Shown: positions 1 to 13,599 of the stretch, one piece after another | How positions within the stretch are numbered: the first letter of the stretch is position 1 | Layout of the letters: each line of letters opens with the position of its first letter | NCBI GenBank assembly: GCA_026770705.1 | Contig: JANJGN010000035.1 | Span: 13,392,001-13,456,000, forward strand | Length of the DNA: 64,000 nucleotides | Direction: 5' to 3' | From: Isurus oxyrinchus | Lineage: Eukaryota | Program-made: the position numbers and the translations under genes | Notes under the pieces: model-generated | What the model saw: the letters and a program-made list of their open reading frames with translations, nothing else | Told to the model about the DNA's origin: nothing | The model's database searches: none

Positions 1-336
1 GTCTCTTTTCTCAGCAACACCCAAGAGGTCACTTACAATTAAGGGCGTAAATTTCACTGAAATATTTAGGCTGACCATATTCAAAAAGCAGAGGTAATAT
101 CTGGATCTTCATGGAGATGCTCTTGTAATAATTTGGTGTGCTGTTAACATTGAGCTCCAGATTAAAGCGCAATGGATCAAAAAGGCTATGGTACAAATGC
201 GGCAGGTTTGCACTGGAAGGGAATGTTGGGAATCCAGGAATGGGCTGCTAACTCCACTGTGATCAGGACAATTGCCCTATTGATCCAGAGAAGAGTCATA
301 ATAATTGCTAAAAGATTAGCACAAGATGTAAATGCT

Positions 337-690
337 TTCTTCTAATTTGTTCATGAGATGAAGGGTCGCTGTCTAAGCCAGCATATATTGCCCAGCCCTA
401 AATCTCCTTGTTCAGCGGTCATTTAAGGGTCTACCACATTACGGTGAGCCTGGAGTCACATGTAGGCGAGGCCAGGTAAGGATGGCTGGTTTCCTTCCCT
501 AAAGGACATTAAGGAATTGGATGGTTTTTTACTACAATTGCCAACGGTTTCATAGTCATCAAAAGGCTTCTTTTAATCCAGATTTGAAATAAAATTTCGC
601 CATCTGCCATGGAGGGATTCAAAAACGGGTACGAAGTGCATTATGCTGGGTGTATGTAATATCAAAACAGTTCTGTCACAGCCTTTCCTT
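337..690 (-). mobile_element. tRNA-derived shark SINE, eroded
   Basis: Contains ggagtcacatgtaggc...ttccttccctaaaggacatt and the LINE-shared tail gccagcatatattgccc. Paralog at ~43330-43710. Confidence 0.8.
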
Positions 691-699
691 ATGTGACGT

Positions 700-935
700 G
701 AGAAAACATTTTCACACAACGAGTAGTTCGTGTCTGGAATGCACTGCCTGGAAGTGTTGTGGAGGCAAGTAAAATCGAGAGGGAATTCGCTGATTATTTG
801 ATTAGAAACAATGTGCAGTATTCCGGGGAAAAGACAGGGTGATGGAGCGAGGTGGTACTGCTCATTTGGAGAGCCCATAGCAGATGCGATTGGTCGAAAG
901 GTCTCCTTCTGTGCCATAAATTTCTGTGACATCTT
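700..935 (+). mobile_element. CR1-type LINE 3' end fragment
   Basis: FSQRVVRVWNALPGSVVEA, typical of the CR1 ORF2 C-terminus. Confidence 0.75.
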
Positions 936-1174
936 CAAAGCTTACCGGGCTTTATGAAACACCAGCTGGTCATCTGCACCAGGAGCAGTCAGTAATACTG
1001 ACTGGGGGAGGAATGCAACTAAGTGATTGGTTAGCTGTCTTGGACGCTTTGGGCTTTATTCACCCATGTAGCAATGCGGAATTCATTGCATGTCACTGAG
1101 ACACTAGCCTCTCAAATAGAGAGTCCAATCATTTTAACCTCTCTGGAACAGTCTTAATTTTTTAATCACATGAA

Positions 1175-1697
1175 ATCCACTCTTTGGTTTACCCAATGCG
1201 TGTTGGCCTATCAGTTCCAAGTTGTAGTCCCAGGCTGGGTATTGCAGACTGGCACATCCAAGGCCCAGGGCTACGTGCTGAGGAATGTACTGGAGCTTGG
1301 GGCAGCTGCCACAAAGGCGCATTGGGGAAGGTTTGCTGGCTAAGGTCTTTCTGCCATACTGCACCGAGGGGCTGGGAATTGTTTAGACCCCCAGGCTGCA
1401 TAGAAATCATTGAATGTATGCAGTAAATACCAATTTTATCATAATCGTACTGAAACATTCCAGAATGCAACATAATCTAGGTGGACAACTTAAATACCTT
1501 AGCACTGACTATCTGTTATGACCATTATTAATGCTGTAATGTTCATTGATTGTATTCAAACAGCTCCGGGCGTGATATTGACATTGTGGAAAACTTGAGT
1601 ATGATCGTACGTTTTGTAATGGCCATTTTGAAATGTGTTGTAATGTACTTTCAGCTATTTTATCAATAAAGTATATTACATGCAAAACAAAAATAAT
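1175..1697 (+). mobile_element. Tx1/L1-clade LINE 3' end
   Basis: CRLAH-SKAQGYVLRNVLELGAAATKAHWG-like C-terminus, followed by aataaa and an A-rich tail. Longer paralog at 44290-45097. Confidence 0.7.
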
Positions 1698-2499
1698 GCC
1701 ATTTGTGACTGGTTTTAGGAAGCCCTTGGTATGCTGTTCCATTAAATGCAGGAGGTCACTCGGTTGGCCATTCCTCCCAGGCCAAATGTATTCCCTCCAT
1801 GAGCCCTTGATTTGTATATTCATATACGGGGTGTAGGCGAAGCTGGCTAGGCGAGCATCCAGAAACTACACGTGGCTCTGCACGAGGGCCCTTTTTCTTC
1901 CATAGCATTTATTTATGGTTTTGACCTGTGCTGACAAGGCTCCATTTCTAAATGCTAAAATGATAAGACATTTTGAAGTACAATTGCCCGGAAGGAAAAC
2001 AATATAACCAGGTTCAGGAGGCTGGAGGACTGGGGAGACAAGCGTCGAAAACAAAACGCATGAACATGACTAGAGGTGAGCTTTGACCACAATAACAAGG
2101 AAATGCAACTTAAACTTTAAAACAAGTAAGAACTCTGCAAGGGGATGTGCATGGGACTAAAAGGCATTGGGCCATAATTATATACATAGTGGAAAGTGTC
2201 ATAACAATTTGAGAAAACTCTCAATAACAACATATTTTGCTTTATAAATTGTCTAATATACCCATGTGCAGTCAGGTCAAATGGACTGATGTCAGACCAA
2301 AATCATGGACTGAAACCTGGGGTTGTCAAGCAAACTATAACTGATCACTATGTGGAACAAAATCATGGAACATCTGCGTTGACTCCACTTGTCATACAGC
2401 TGAATATTAGTATAAGAGCAACTTGTCGCTCATTTTTCGGATGCACAGACTCTGGATTCTGAGCATCCAGAACAAGAATGGCTGATTTCCAACAATGAG

Positions 2500-2845
2500 G
2501 AAAAGTATGCATATTAGGAATTCACCAAAGCCCCTTCGACAGCACCTTCCACACACACGATCACCACCATCTTTATGGACAAGCACCACAGATAGATGGG
2601 AACACCACTACCTGGAAATTCCCGTCCAAGTCACGCACCATTCTCACTTGGGAATATGTCGGCCCTTCCTTCACTGTCGCTGGCTGAAATGCTGGAACTC
2701 CCTCCCTAACAGCACTTTGGTTGTACCTAAACGGTAAGGTCTGCAGTGGCTCAAGAATTCAGCTCACCACCACCATCTCAAGCAGCAATTAGGGATGGGC
2801 AATAAATGCTGCCACAGCCATCGAAGCCCACATCATGTGAATTAA
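2500..2845 (+). mobile_element. CR1-superfamily LINE 3' end (SINE partner family)
   Basis: WNSLPNST...AHHHHLK, then the tail gggatgggcaataaatgctg. Paralog at ~46710-47035. Confidence 0.8.
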
Positions 2846-3244
2846 TTACAGTAATGAATCTTCAAAGGGGCAGAGGGAAAAAAGCTGGCTCATGACGAGA
2901 ATATTTCTTACGAATGTGTTCACCGGCTTGACCTGCACCATACAATTTCTTCAGACTCTAACGTTTGAATTGCTTCTCCAGCGGCCATTTATTGATAGGA
3001 AAACAAATCTCTTTTAAACCAGGAAGGAAAGCCTGATCGGCACACTCAAATGTTTGTTGAATTCATCATTTTCAAATTGACAAAAAGAAAGATGGTTTGA
3101 GTGTTTTGCAAAATAACTGGCACTGTCTGTGACCAAATATGAATCAAATATGGAACATTTATCAAATATGGATCTCTTTTCAACTGTGATGCATGTGCGC
3201 CCTTCCATGAGCCTCGTGGACCATTTGTCCGAAAACCATATGGA

Positions 3245-4120
3245 CGTAACAAATAGGAGCAGGAATAGGCCATTCGGCCCTTGAAGCCTGCCCCCCATTC
3301 AATAAGTTAATGGCTGATCTGCCCCATGCCTCAACTCCTCTTTCGTTTCAGCTCCACATAGCCCACAATCCCCACTATTTCAAAAAACTATCTCCGTCCT
3401 CTTGAAATACTTGCAGTGATCTCCATACCTCTGTAAGATAGAGAATTCCAGACATTCACTGCCCTCTGGGAGAAGACGTTCCTTCACATCGCAGGTTTCA
3501 ATGGGTGTCTCCTTATTCTGGGACAGTGTTCCATTGTTCTAGATTGCCCCACTGATTACAACATGTTCTCAGCACCTATCTGTCAAGGCCGCTAAGGATT
3601 CTTTACATTTCAATAATTTCACCCCTCATTCTTCTAAACTCTAACCAACAAAGGAGTAACCTGCTTAGCTGTTATGCATAAGTCAAAACCTTCATCCCAG
3701 GAAACATCTGAGTGAATCTATTTTAACTGCCTCTACTGCCAGGATATCCTTTCTTAAATAAGGGGACCAAAACTGCACACAGCACTCCAGATACGGCCGC
3801 AGCAGCACCCTATACAGTTCCAACAAGGCTTCTCTTTTTTTTAACTCCAGGCCCCTAACATTTAAGCTTCCTTAATTGCCTGCTGCCCCTGCTTTCTAAG
3901 TTTTTGTGTTTCCTGCACAAGAACAGCCTGGTCCCTGTGTGCTGCACTATTTTGTAACCTCTCACCATTTAAATAATAGTAAGTATTTTGATTCTTCCTA
4001 ACAAAGAGAAGACCTCATACCCTACTACATTAGACTCCATCTGCAAAACTTTTTGCCCACTCACTCAACATCTCGCTACCCCCTTGCAGATGCCTTATGC
4101 CCTCATCAGAACATGCCCCT
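3245..4120 (-). mobile_element. CR1-type LINE fragment
   Basis: 3' end ataggagcaggaataggccattcggccc, with antisense RT C-terminal region. Paralog at ~47405-48290. Confidence 0.8.
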
Positions 4121-4149
4121 CTACTCAGGTACAGTTGTCTCTATAGGCG

Positions 4150-4845
4150 CCTCTTTCACAAACTGATTCCGTTTCTCACTTTGCTTTTTGTCCATCAAAT
4201 TTTTCTGAGTCCGAAATAATAAAAACAATTAGTTGTTCCTTCATTGTTACCTTGATTTCTCTTCGAATTCTCGGATTCTCATTCGAACGGATTGCAATCT
4301 ATTGGAATTGGTCATCACATGTTCACAGAAGATGCTCTCACACTTTCGCCCTTTGGCATTACAGAACTTGAGTATTGGTGAAAAACGATCTTCGTCATGA
4401 ACTCTATTCTTCAGCGACATAATTCTCTAAGAAATATGTTCTTTCATTCATGCCTTCGTTCTCGTCAAACATATCCCAACTCCTGTTGTCAAAGTAAGTT
4501 TCCAGATGGTGAATGGTCGTATTATCCCAAAAAATAAACACTTTCCTGACAGGCTTTGGAATTTTGGGGCTATTTTCCTCGATATATATTCGAGGAGGAA
4601 CTTCGCATTGTGATCTGAATCTGCAATCTCTGGTTGAAGGAGAGGCTTGTAAGAATTAGTGATAGAGCAAAAACATGGACCCAGTGCCTTTTCCCACCAG
4701 TTGGTCTGTCCATACATTGTGAGCTACAGAGAGTGCCACAGTCACAGTGATTCATGTCACCTAAGGACATCTTTGGCGAATGTGGAGATGGAGCAGCCAA
4801 TTCTTGGACCGTTTCGCCACCTCTCATCTGTATTGGAACTCAGTG
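4150..4845 (-). mobile_element. Rex1/Babar-like LINE endonuclease-linker fragment (decayed)
   Basis: Minus-strand SPKMSLGDMNHC, NSYKPLLQPEIADSDHN and KPVRKVFIFWD...FDNRSWDMF resemble APE GDFN/SDH motifs and the following Rex/Babar linker. Paralog at ~48340-48770. Confidence 0.65.
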
Positions 4846-5849
4846 GAATATATAACAGAATAATGTGTGCGGGATTCAGTTTGCAAGGCAGGTAGGATGG
4901 GGAAGGGAGGCACGCACAGTGGGTAAAGGGTAGCGAGGCACATGCGTTCCTTAACTCTAAAATGTTTCCCTCAATTAATTCACGTACATGCGTCTGCATT
5001 ATCCACCTGGAGATACAGTTGTGGCAGTTAGAATTCAGGTCTGGCGAAGGAGATCAAATCCATAAATGTTAATTGCACTCTCTGAGATGTCCCGAATTTC
5101 GCCAGCTTTCAGCTGAGGCAGAGCGTACTCGCCTCCATGAATCCTGATAAAATTACTGCACCAGCTCGGGTCTCATCAATTTACTTCCTGCCTGACCTCA
5201 CGCTGCTAAGGGCAATGGCTGGAGGTGACGTGCGCTGCCGTAACTTTTTCCCTCACCATCTAATGCGTTCCTCCCTTTCCTTCTCCGCCTGATCTGAGGC
5301 CCAAATTTCAAGTTGCCCCTTGTCGGTGAACGTGGTCCCCTCCCTTTCTCTTGCCAACATCGTCCCTGCCTTCATTGAGCAAGTGTGGACCACGAATTCG
5401 GTCCTCCCGCAGGGGCAAGTTGAAGAGTTTTACTTGCAAGGTGCTGATTGGTTCAAGCCCAAGGAAGACATTGGAAGTCGGACATGGTGTAATGGTGGTG
5501 TGGTGGGAGGGTGGTGATTGGGGAATACTGTATCAATTTCCCCCATCCTCGGCCATTCTCGCCCTACCCCAGATCATTGTAGCTTGCTGCACCATGGTGT
5601 TTTCCGGTCTCACGGCCCCGCTTCCCCCAAGCCTCGGCAGTGCCACTCTCGGCGTCCCACCTGGGCCTCCCCGCCACACCACACACAAAAATGAACTTCA
5701 GAAACAGGCCCATAACTCCAAATGATAGGGGAAAGCGACGGGCATATCAAAACTTGCGTAGCCACAGTCCCCTAGGACTGTACATTCATGTACAGGGACA
5801 GCCAATTCCCTCCAGACTGCAACATTCTGCCACCTCTCTCCATGTAAAT

Positions 5850-7405
5850 AGTTAACTGAGTTTTTTTTTTATTCAGTCAAATTGGCCAAACTATTATTTT
5901 CTCTCATATATACCATCTGCCTAATTTCTGCCAATTCACTTAACCCAAATCTAAAACTTTGCAGAATATTTGTATCCTCCTCACAACATTGTTTACCCCC
6001 TTTCTTCATATGATCGTAAAATTTACCTGTATTGCAGATAGTCCTTTCCTGCAAGTCATTGATATCGATACAGTCGAATTGAAGATGCAGCACTGTTACT
6101 TGCAGCGTTTCTTTAGTTACAGCTTGGCTCCCTGTAAATGGCACATTTATATTGATTCTCTGTTTAATTTGTTTTAAACTGTGCTCTATCCATGCTAACA
6201 CCATGAGCTTTCAACTTCTGCAGTCCCTTTTACGAGACCACATATTGGATGTATTTTTGTCGGGGAAATACACATGTCCACATTCTCCTTTATATAGCCT
6301 GTTTGTTATGACATCAAGGACTCTAATAAAATTCTCAAACACGATTTTTCCTTCACCAAACCATATTGAATCTGCCGGATTGTAACATGACTTTCTCCAA
6401 GTCCTGCTAGTGCCTCCTTAATAATGTTTCTTAGCACTTTTGCAGTGACAGATATTGGACTAACTGTCCTATAATCTCCTGCTTTCACTCTCCTCTTTTT
6501 TCAATTGTGCCGTTATAGTTGCGGCTTCCCAAATCACTGGGAAATTTGAAAATGTTAGGGAATTCTGAAGGATTGCAACCAAATTAACCACTATACCAGC
6601 AGCCAGATCTGCAAAGACCCCACCATGCAGGTTATCGGTTCAAAGGGATATGTCGGCCTTTAGTCCCAATAGTTTTTATAGTATAATTTCCTCTAATGAC
6701 AGTGATATTTATTAAGTTCTTCTCTTCCTCATTCCCACTGCTCTTCTAATTTTCCTGTGATGATTGTATGTCTTGCACCGTAAAGACTGAAAAGCAATGC
6801 AGTCTCATAATCTCTGCTATTTCCCCTTGTTAACCCTCTGGCCTCACTCTCTGAAAAAACAGCACTCACCATCGCTGCTCTTTTACTTTTATATATACCT
6901 GCAGACGCTTCCACAACCTGTTTTATAATAATATTTTTTGTTGTTTCCCCCTTCGTTGGCATTGTTGCTAAGTGCCCAGAAGAGTGCAAGACAAAAAGCT
7001 TCAACATGTCCCTCTATTCACCAACAAATAGGTTTCATATTTCTCGCTGATTTTTCTCTCATAGCGTAATTCCTGCTTGGTCATTTAGCCTCATTTGCAA
7101 CTAGCTAATACCTTTGCAACCCTTTGGTCTACCCTTAGCAACATTTTTTTTTTTACTTCAATGCGATGCCATCCACAATGTCCTGCATCAGCCATGGATG
7201 GCGAATTCATCCCGTAGACCACTTCTTACTCAACGCAACACATTCTTGCTGAAAGTTGTGATATATCTCCTTAAAAGTCCGCCATTCGGTCTCTGATGTT
7301 TTGCATTTTAACTTAAACCACCTTTGCAAATCTGTTTTCATAAATTAGTAATTGCTTTAACTTATGTTTAAGGCACCAATTTGAGTCACAAATTTCAAAC
7401 ACTCA
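5850..7405 (-). mobile_element. CR1-type LINE RT fragment
   Basis: Minus ORFs AGDYRTVSPISVTAKVLRNIIK...QYGLVKEKSCL and INDLQERTICNTGKFYDHMK. Paralog at ~49760-51700. Confidence 0.85.
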
Positions 7406-7670
7406 AATTGATTGTTTGCTGGGAAATTGCAGAGCCCGACAGTGATAACAAGCCCACGCCAAACAAGAACTGAAACTTGGAAAATAAACTGCATCCGGGC
7501 TGAGCATTGTTCGCTACAAATGGACAGTAACAAGAGTTGAAAGAGTTTGAACACTCTGATACGGAGAGCAGGCTGCCGTTTCAGTGTTGCTGTTTGCTGC
7601 TCGTAACAATGTTCCATATTTATTCTGAGGAAAGAATTGTAAAAATACACATATGCAAGTATATTTTTCT

Positions 7671-7740
7671 AACCAATGTTTATGACCACAAGAAAGAGTT
7701 AATGTTCCTCAGTTGCTTCCTGTTTTCACATTCACCTCTG
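7671..7740 (+). promoter_or_regulatory. Candidate haematopoietic enhancer: CCAAT + RUNX + MYB + ETS motifs
   Basis: aaccaat, tgaccaca, cagttg and gcttcctgtt are all retained in the paralog at 51956-52024. Function is inferred only. Confidence 0.35.
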
Positions 7741-8132
7741 TACCTCTGGCGAGATAATAAGGCCATTTCGGCTTAGATACGAATTGCAACGTGCACCTGC
7801 ACTTCTGCAGAAATATGTTACCAGGGCCAGACTTTCTGCACGTTGTCAATGGCAACAGAACCACAGCCAGTTCTTTTACAAAGCTGCACATCCTTCATTG
7901 CAGGGGGTGAATAAGAGAACAGGGTGAGAGGAAATGAACGTCCCGCCCCCACCTCATCCCCTACCCCCACCAATCCTGCCCTCTTCCTCGCTTTCATGAA
8001 ATTATTTGCCATAACTATCGAGGATTTAAAGCCAACAGCTCGAAGACTGTCAGCATTTGAGGTAAATCCAAGAAACACACACACAGAAGCAGACCATACG
8101 ATCCGTCGACCCTGTGTCCATATTAAAATCAC

Positions 8133-8324
8133 AGTTTGTTATATCCTTAAGGCCCGAAATGTACACACCATTTCTATGCTGGTGCCCAGGTGCAGATCAC
8201 CCAAACTCCGGAATTAGTTACAAGGTTCTCAAATAATCGGGGGATGGGTTGCCCTCAAGATTAAAAATGGAGACTCTGAACAATCAGCTTCTGCTCCAGA
8301 TCATTATGGGCCCAGGAAGATAAC
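8133..8324 (-). pseudogene. Inverted, heavily decayed relic of MS4A-like exon 1 (copy A)
   Basis: Paralog of 52439-52623. Translates as GQPIPRLFENLVTNSGVWVIC with stops, and shares atgatctggagcagaagctgatt. Confidence 0.4.
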
Positions 8325-8582
8325 ACGTTATAAGACAATCTCCAGAGTTTTTGCTGACCCTTACCCCTCCTCGAGACCTATAACCAGCTTTTGGGGAACA
8401 GGTTTAGAGTTTGTGTTTACAGAGGGTCCATATTCGTGTCAAAGATTGGCCGTGAGCTTTGTTGTTGGGTGAAGAATGTAATAAGTCAGACCCCCTGGAT
8501 TTGCAAGATTCTGCAGGGATGGAAAATCAATGGATTACTAACCAGTTGCTTGCAATTCATAATCTCTATGAACAAAATTGAA

Positions 8583-8606
8583 CCCCCCCCCCCCCCCCCC
8601 CCCCCC
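8583..8606 (+). repeat. Poly-C tract (24 nt)
   Basis: Seen directly. The paralogous position near 52883 has only C6. Confidence 0.95.
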
Positions 8607-9365
8607 ACGGATTGTGGAGGATGTCGGTTTCTGTTTCTGCAATCTTATAAAAATGAAGAGCATTTTATGAAATATGGGCACCACAGGGACCAAGGTGGCG
8701 GTGAGCTGTATTCAGGAAAGTCTCTCTTGCATGAGATCAGGCGCTCCAACGTTTTGATGGGGCTTCGCTGGGTCCATTTCAAAGGCTACCAAAAAGCCAA
8801 CAACAATGCCATCTGTGCCTAGATTCACATGGAGACCAGGCCATGTAAGGTGACAAAATGTCCTTCCCATAATGGCGCATCAGTGAATCAGATGGTTTTG
8901 TTTTTCTTAACGTCAATTAATAGCTTCTAGACGAACGATTTAACCCCTGGGCATATTCATTGAACTTAGATTCCACCTGCTGCTGTGATGGGATTGGAAT
9001 CCATTCTGCTGGGACCACAGGGTTACCACGGCAGTGACTGGACCGCAACAGAAAATATGGCACTTGAGAGAGGACAGATGATGATTTTATCTTGTTACTA
9101 TTAAACACATGCCATTCCAGTCCTTAACTGGTGCGGCGGAGATAAACCTTCAGTCCCACACCAATGCCATATTGACTTTAGCCTTCCCCTGCTCTGTCCC
9201 ACTGAGCCATTCGTTTGTCTCAAGAAATCATGGAAGGACAAACATGAAATGAATGCAGGGGGATGAAGAAATAATTGGGCACTTTGAGCCATAACTGTCC
9301 GCTTTGCAATGACTACTACCAGTGAGCAAGTCAACACACTCAGGAAGTCCGGCATGAGTACCTTG

Positions 9366-11900
9366 TAGAGTCATAGAGTTATTCAGCAAATATCAGGCCC
9401 TTCTGAGCCTCATGTCCGTGCCACCCATCGATACTCTATATACTCTAAACTCATTTTCCAGCACTTGGCTATGTGGCCCTGTATGCTATGGCGTTTCAAG
9501 TCCTCATCTAAAGACTTCTTAAATGTTCTGAAAGTTCCTGCCTCTAAAAAACCCTCAACGTACGTGTTCCAAATTCCTAGCAACCCCGGGGGGAAAAAAT
9601 CAAATCTCCTCCATACCTCCTGCCACTTATCTAAATTCATGGCCGGTATTTTTATATTTATCTATTTAAATACGTCTTGAATGTTCTGAATATTCCTGCC
9701 TCTACCACACCCTTAAACAGTGTATTCCAGAGACCTACCACCCTCTGCAACCGCATCAAAGGGAAAACAAATCTTCCTATTTATCCTATCTGTACCGCTC
9801 CAGACTTTGTATACCTCTGTCAGGCCGCCCTTCAGCCTTCTCTGCTCTAAGGAAAACAATCCCAGCCTGCCCAGACTCTCTTCTAAACTGAAACACTCAA
9901 GCCCAGGCAACAACCTGGGGAATTTCCTCTGCACCATCTCCCGTGTAATCTCATCCTTCCAATGATGTGGTAAGCAAAACTTCACACATACTCTTGCTGT
10001 GGCCTAACAAGCATTTTATACAGCTCCAACATAATCTCACTGCTCTTATATACTATGCCTCGATTAATAAAGGCAAGTATCCCATAGGCTTTCTTAAGAA
10101 CCTTATCTACCTGTGCGGTTGCCTTCAGTGATCTACGGAATTTTGTACCATATCCTTCTGATACTCTGTTCTTCCCAGGGGTCTACTATTCATTGTGTAT
10201 TCCATTGACTTGTTCATCCTCCAAAATGCATCACCTGATACTTCTCAGGATTAAATTACATTTACGAGTGCTCCATGCAACTTAAAAGCCCATCTATATT
10301 TCTCTGTCATCTAAGGGTTTTTCCCTTACTATTGACGACAATAGCAATTTTCGTGTCACGTGCAAACTTATTCATACCTCTTATATTCAAGTCTGAACCA
10401 TTAATGCACACTACAAACAGCAAGGGTCCCAGCACCGATCCCTTAAGTACATCACTGATCATAGGCTGAGAGTTGCAAAACTAAACATCAAGCTTCAAAC
10501 TCTGCCTTCTGTTACAAAGCCAATTTTGGATCCAATTTATAATTTTGTACTAGATCCAAAGAGCTCTTACCATCATGATCATTCTCCCATGTGGGACCTT
10601 GCCAAATGTCTTACTGAAGTCCATGTGGACTACATCAACGGTACAACCCTCATGGACGCATTTAGTCACCTCCTGGAAAAATTCAATCGAATTTGTTAGA
10701 AATTATCTCCCCCTGACAAAGCCAATCGGACTATCAATGATTAATCCCTACCTTGTTAAGTGGAGATTAATCCTGTACTGTCTCGACCACTGATGTTCGA
10801 TTCACTGGCCTGTACTTACCTGCTTAGTCCCTTCTTGTCTCCAAAAAATGGTTCCACACTCGCTGTCCTCCAGTCCTGTGGCACCGCTGATATGGTCAGA
10901 GAGGATTTGAAAATTAGTATCAGGGCGTCTACCATCAGCTATCTTGTTATTCCTTATCCAATCCTCCATATCGCTTGACATCCAGTGATCCCTGGAATTA
11001 CTTGCCCTACCCTTTACCTTTACATGAACTCTCACTATTTACATTGGAATGCCTCTTGCACTGGTCTCATGTAATGTTCTGACAATTAGCTGCCCGCAGT
11101 CCACTTTGGCCGGGTCCTGCCTTATCTTACTGAAATCGTCCCTTCCACAATTTAGGACCTTCATTTATTGCCCTTCTTTGTCCTATTTCATAACTAATTT
11201 GAAGCTTAATTTGTCATGGTGTCTATCACCAAAATGCCACCCCCTAACCGCCGCACCCCTCGAAACCCAATACTACCAATTGCCTGGATTTATTCCCTAT
11301 GATTTGGTAGAGTAACGCCCCTTCTCTTGTAGGCCTTTCAATGTGCTTGCTCAAAACACCATCGTGGATGCACTTAACTAATTCCACTCCTCTAAGCCTT
11401 TCACAATAAGGATATCCAAGTTAATATTGGGGATGTTGAAACTTCCTGCTATTATTTTCCAATTATTAATTCACTTCCCTGAGATTTGCCTGCATACCTT
11501 CTCCTCTATCTCTCACTGACTGTTTGGAGGCCTATCTTACACTCCCAGCAAAATGTTTCCCCCTTTGCATATGGCCTCATTAGAGGAACCTTTAAAGATA
11601 CCAGCCTTCGTCACTGCAGCAATTGTCTCCTTGGTCAATAATACAATGCCACCTATTCATTTACACCACGCACACACCTGCCCCCGTCATATCTGAAGAT
11701 GCCATGCCCTGGAAAGTTGATATGACAGGCAGGTCTTCCCTTTCCACATCAACGTCCCTGTAATAGGAAAAATTACATATTCCATAAGGTTAATCAACAC
11801 CCCCAATTCAGCTGCTTTACTTGTAAGAAGCCTTGTGTTAAAACAGATGAAATGCGGTCATGCCCTAGTCACTTGTGCTTTAACGGCTCTATACTTGGTC
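9366..11900 (-). mobile_element. CR1-type LINE, multi-fragment
   Basis: Minus ORF VQRKFPRLLPGLECFSLEESLGRLGLFSLEQRRLKGGLTEVYKV and the tagagtcatagag tail repeat. Confidence 0.9.
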
Positions 11901-12209
11901 TTCCATACTGACTGGGTTCCACTTCTATGTATGTCTATGCATGACCGCCCGACTGTACCCCGTCTAAGTATGCCATTATGCTGCATCCCACGTCACAAGA
12001 AAATAAAGGAAATTTACAATACCAGGGACAAAGTTAAAGGCAGCCCCTTGAAAGGAAAAATGCAAAGCTATAGATGAACAGTGGAACCCCAAAGATATAT
12101 GCTCAAACTGAGACTGTGCAGTCGAATTTCCCACTTCCTTCACCCGCCCCTATCCAATCCCGTGAAATCAGCGCAAATATCACAAATTCACCATCCACCA
12201 TCACTGTTA

Positions 12210-12525
12210 GCAAAGAGGTAGTACCCCTGAGTAATATAGCAGTGTAATGTCTTCGGGGCCCGGGAATCAGCACAGATGGTGAAGCTTGAACAAATATTCT
12301 CATAATGACCATGAAACTATTGCCGATTTTTGTTGAAAGCCCATGTGGTTCAAAATTCCCCTTAGGAAAGAAAATCTTCCGTCCTCACCTGGCCTGGTCT
12401 ACATATGATTCAAGACCCACAACAATGTGGTTGACTACTAATTGTCCTCTCAACAAGGGACAATTAGGGCTGGGGGATGAATGCTGGCCTGGCCAGCGAC
12501 ACACACATCACATGATCGAATTAGA
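12210..12525 (+). mobile_element. tRNA-derived shark SINE, eroded
   Basis: cttaggaaagaaaatcttccgtcctcacctggcctggtctacatatgattcaagacccac. Paralog at ~54175-54480. Confidence 0.75.
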
Positions 12526-12854
12526 AAAGATCATGATGAGTTTTAAATACCTGAAAAAGTCATCACTTTTCTAATTAAATATAAGTTGGTTTCTAACCAG
12601 AATGGGATTCAGACAATTTGAAAAACAACATGACTCTAAAAATAATTTTCTGATGGAGTGCAATCCTTGAATTCATAATTTCTAAAACATTTTTAATGTG
12701 ACATTTATTTGGGTTTCTTTGCAGAATTTTTCTAAACTTGTGCCCTTTGGCGATGTTAATGATCCGATAATGGGGCCAATATGGAATCACATTCATTACA
12801 GGCAGCACGGTTATTCATACAACAGGGGGTGAAACCCAGGATCATTTATATCAA

Positions 12855-12985
12855 ATAAGCAAATTCCTGGGGATGCTGGAATTCTGGAACAGAAAGGGAA
12901 AATGTAGGAAAAACCCAGCAGGTCTAACAGCATCGCTGGTGAGTGAAACAGAGTTGAATTTTCGAGTCCGTATGACCCTTCTTCG
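12855..12985 (-). mobile_element. Penelope-like element terminal (pLTR) remnant
   Basis: gatgctggaattctg...cagcaggtc...ttcgagtccgtatgacccttcttc, the same family as 45723-46501. Confidence 0.7.
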
Positions 12986-13599
12986 AGTTTCTGCTGTGTA
13001 AGGATCAGTCATCTTTCTGATCCATGGTACAATTTTGAGACTTCCTACTTAACCGCCAATTCCCTTTAGCCAGGTGGAGAGCTTCTTGTTGGGGCCAAGG
13101 GGGCAATTGTTTCACCGCATATCTGTGTAAGCTGCTTGTTATTCAATGAGTTGTGCATTCAGCATTGCGCCATATCTGACCTTCTAAAGACCTGAAAGCC
13201 TGCCGTGTGCATATAAGATTCTGTTTTAAATGTCTAGTTGAATGTGTTAAATGCTAGTGCATAAGCATTGCAACGCATCCACTGTTGGTGAAAGCATTCA
13301 GCCTGACAGGCTGTTCATGCAGAATAGAGTTCATGCCATCAATTCAAATCCAAGTCTGACTTAACTATCCTCTGTGTGTGTTTCTTGTCAGTAATTTACG
13401 TGCTAAATGGGCACACTGAGACTCCAGGTTGTGCTGCAATACTCCAATGATGGTCATAGACTGATTGCCGGGGAAAGATGCCAGTACCTGCCTTCTTATA
13501 AAATGCGGTATCAGTTTTTTTGTCCCCCAAAAGGTGTTCGGTTAAGGGGTCCAGCAACCTCTGCTTCGCTCAGGGCATTTTGTCTACTGCACGAAAGAG

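Noticed and set aside
4743-4775. V(D)J recombination signal (cacagtg)
   Set aside because: There is no nonamer at 12 or 23 bp, and the site lies inside a Rex/Babar fragment.
5570-5600. Harbinger transposase motif (IIVACC)
   Set aside because: The following LHN motif is absent, and the paralog near 49470 does not keep the motif.
8267-8323. Ig/TCR V-gene leader (METLNNQLLLQ / METPNNQLLLQ)
   Set aside because: There is no GT donor, no V exon with the Cys/Trp framework and no RSS downstream. The segment is better explained as the antisense strand of the inverted MS4A exon-1 relic.
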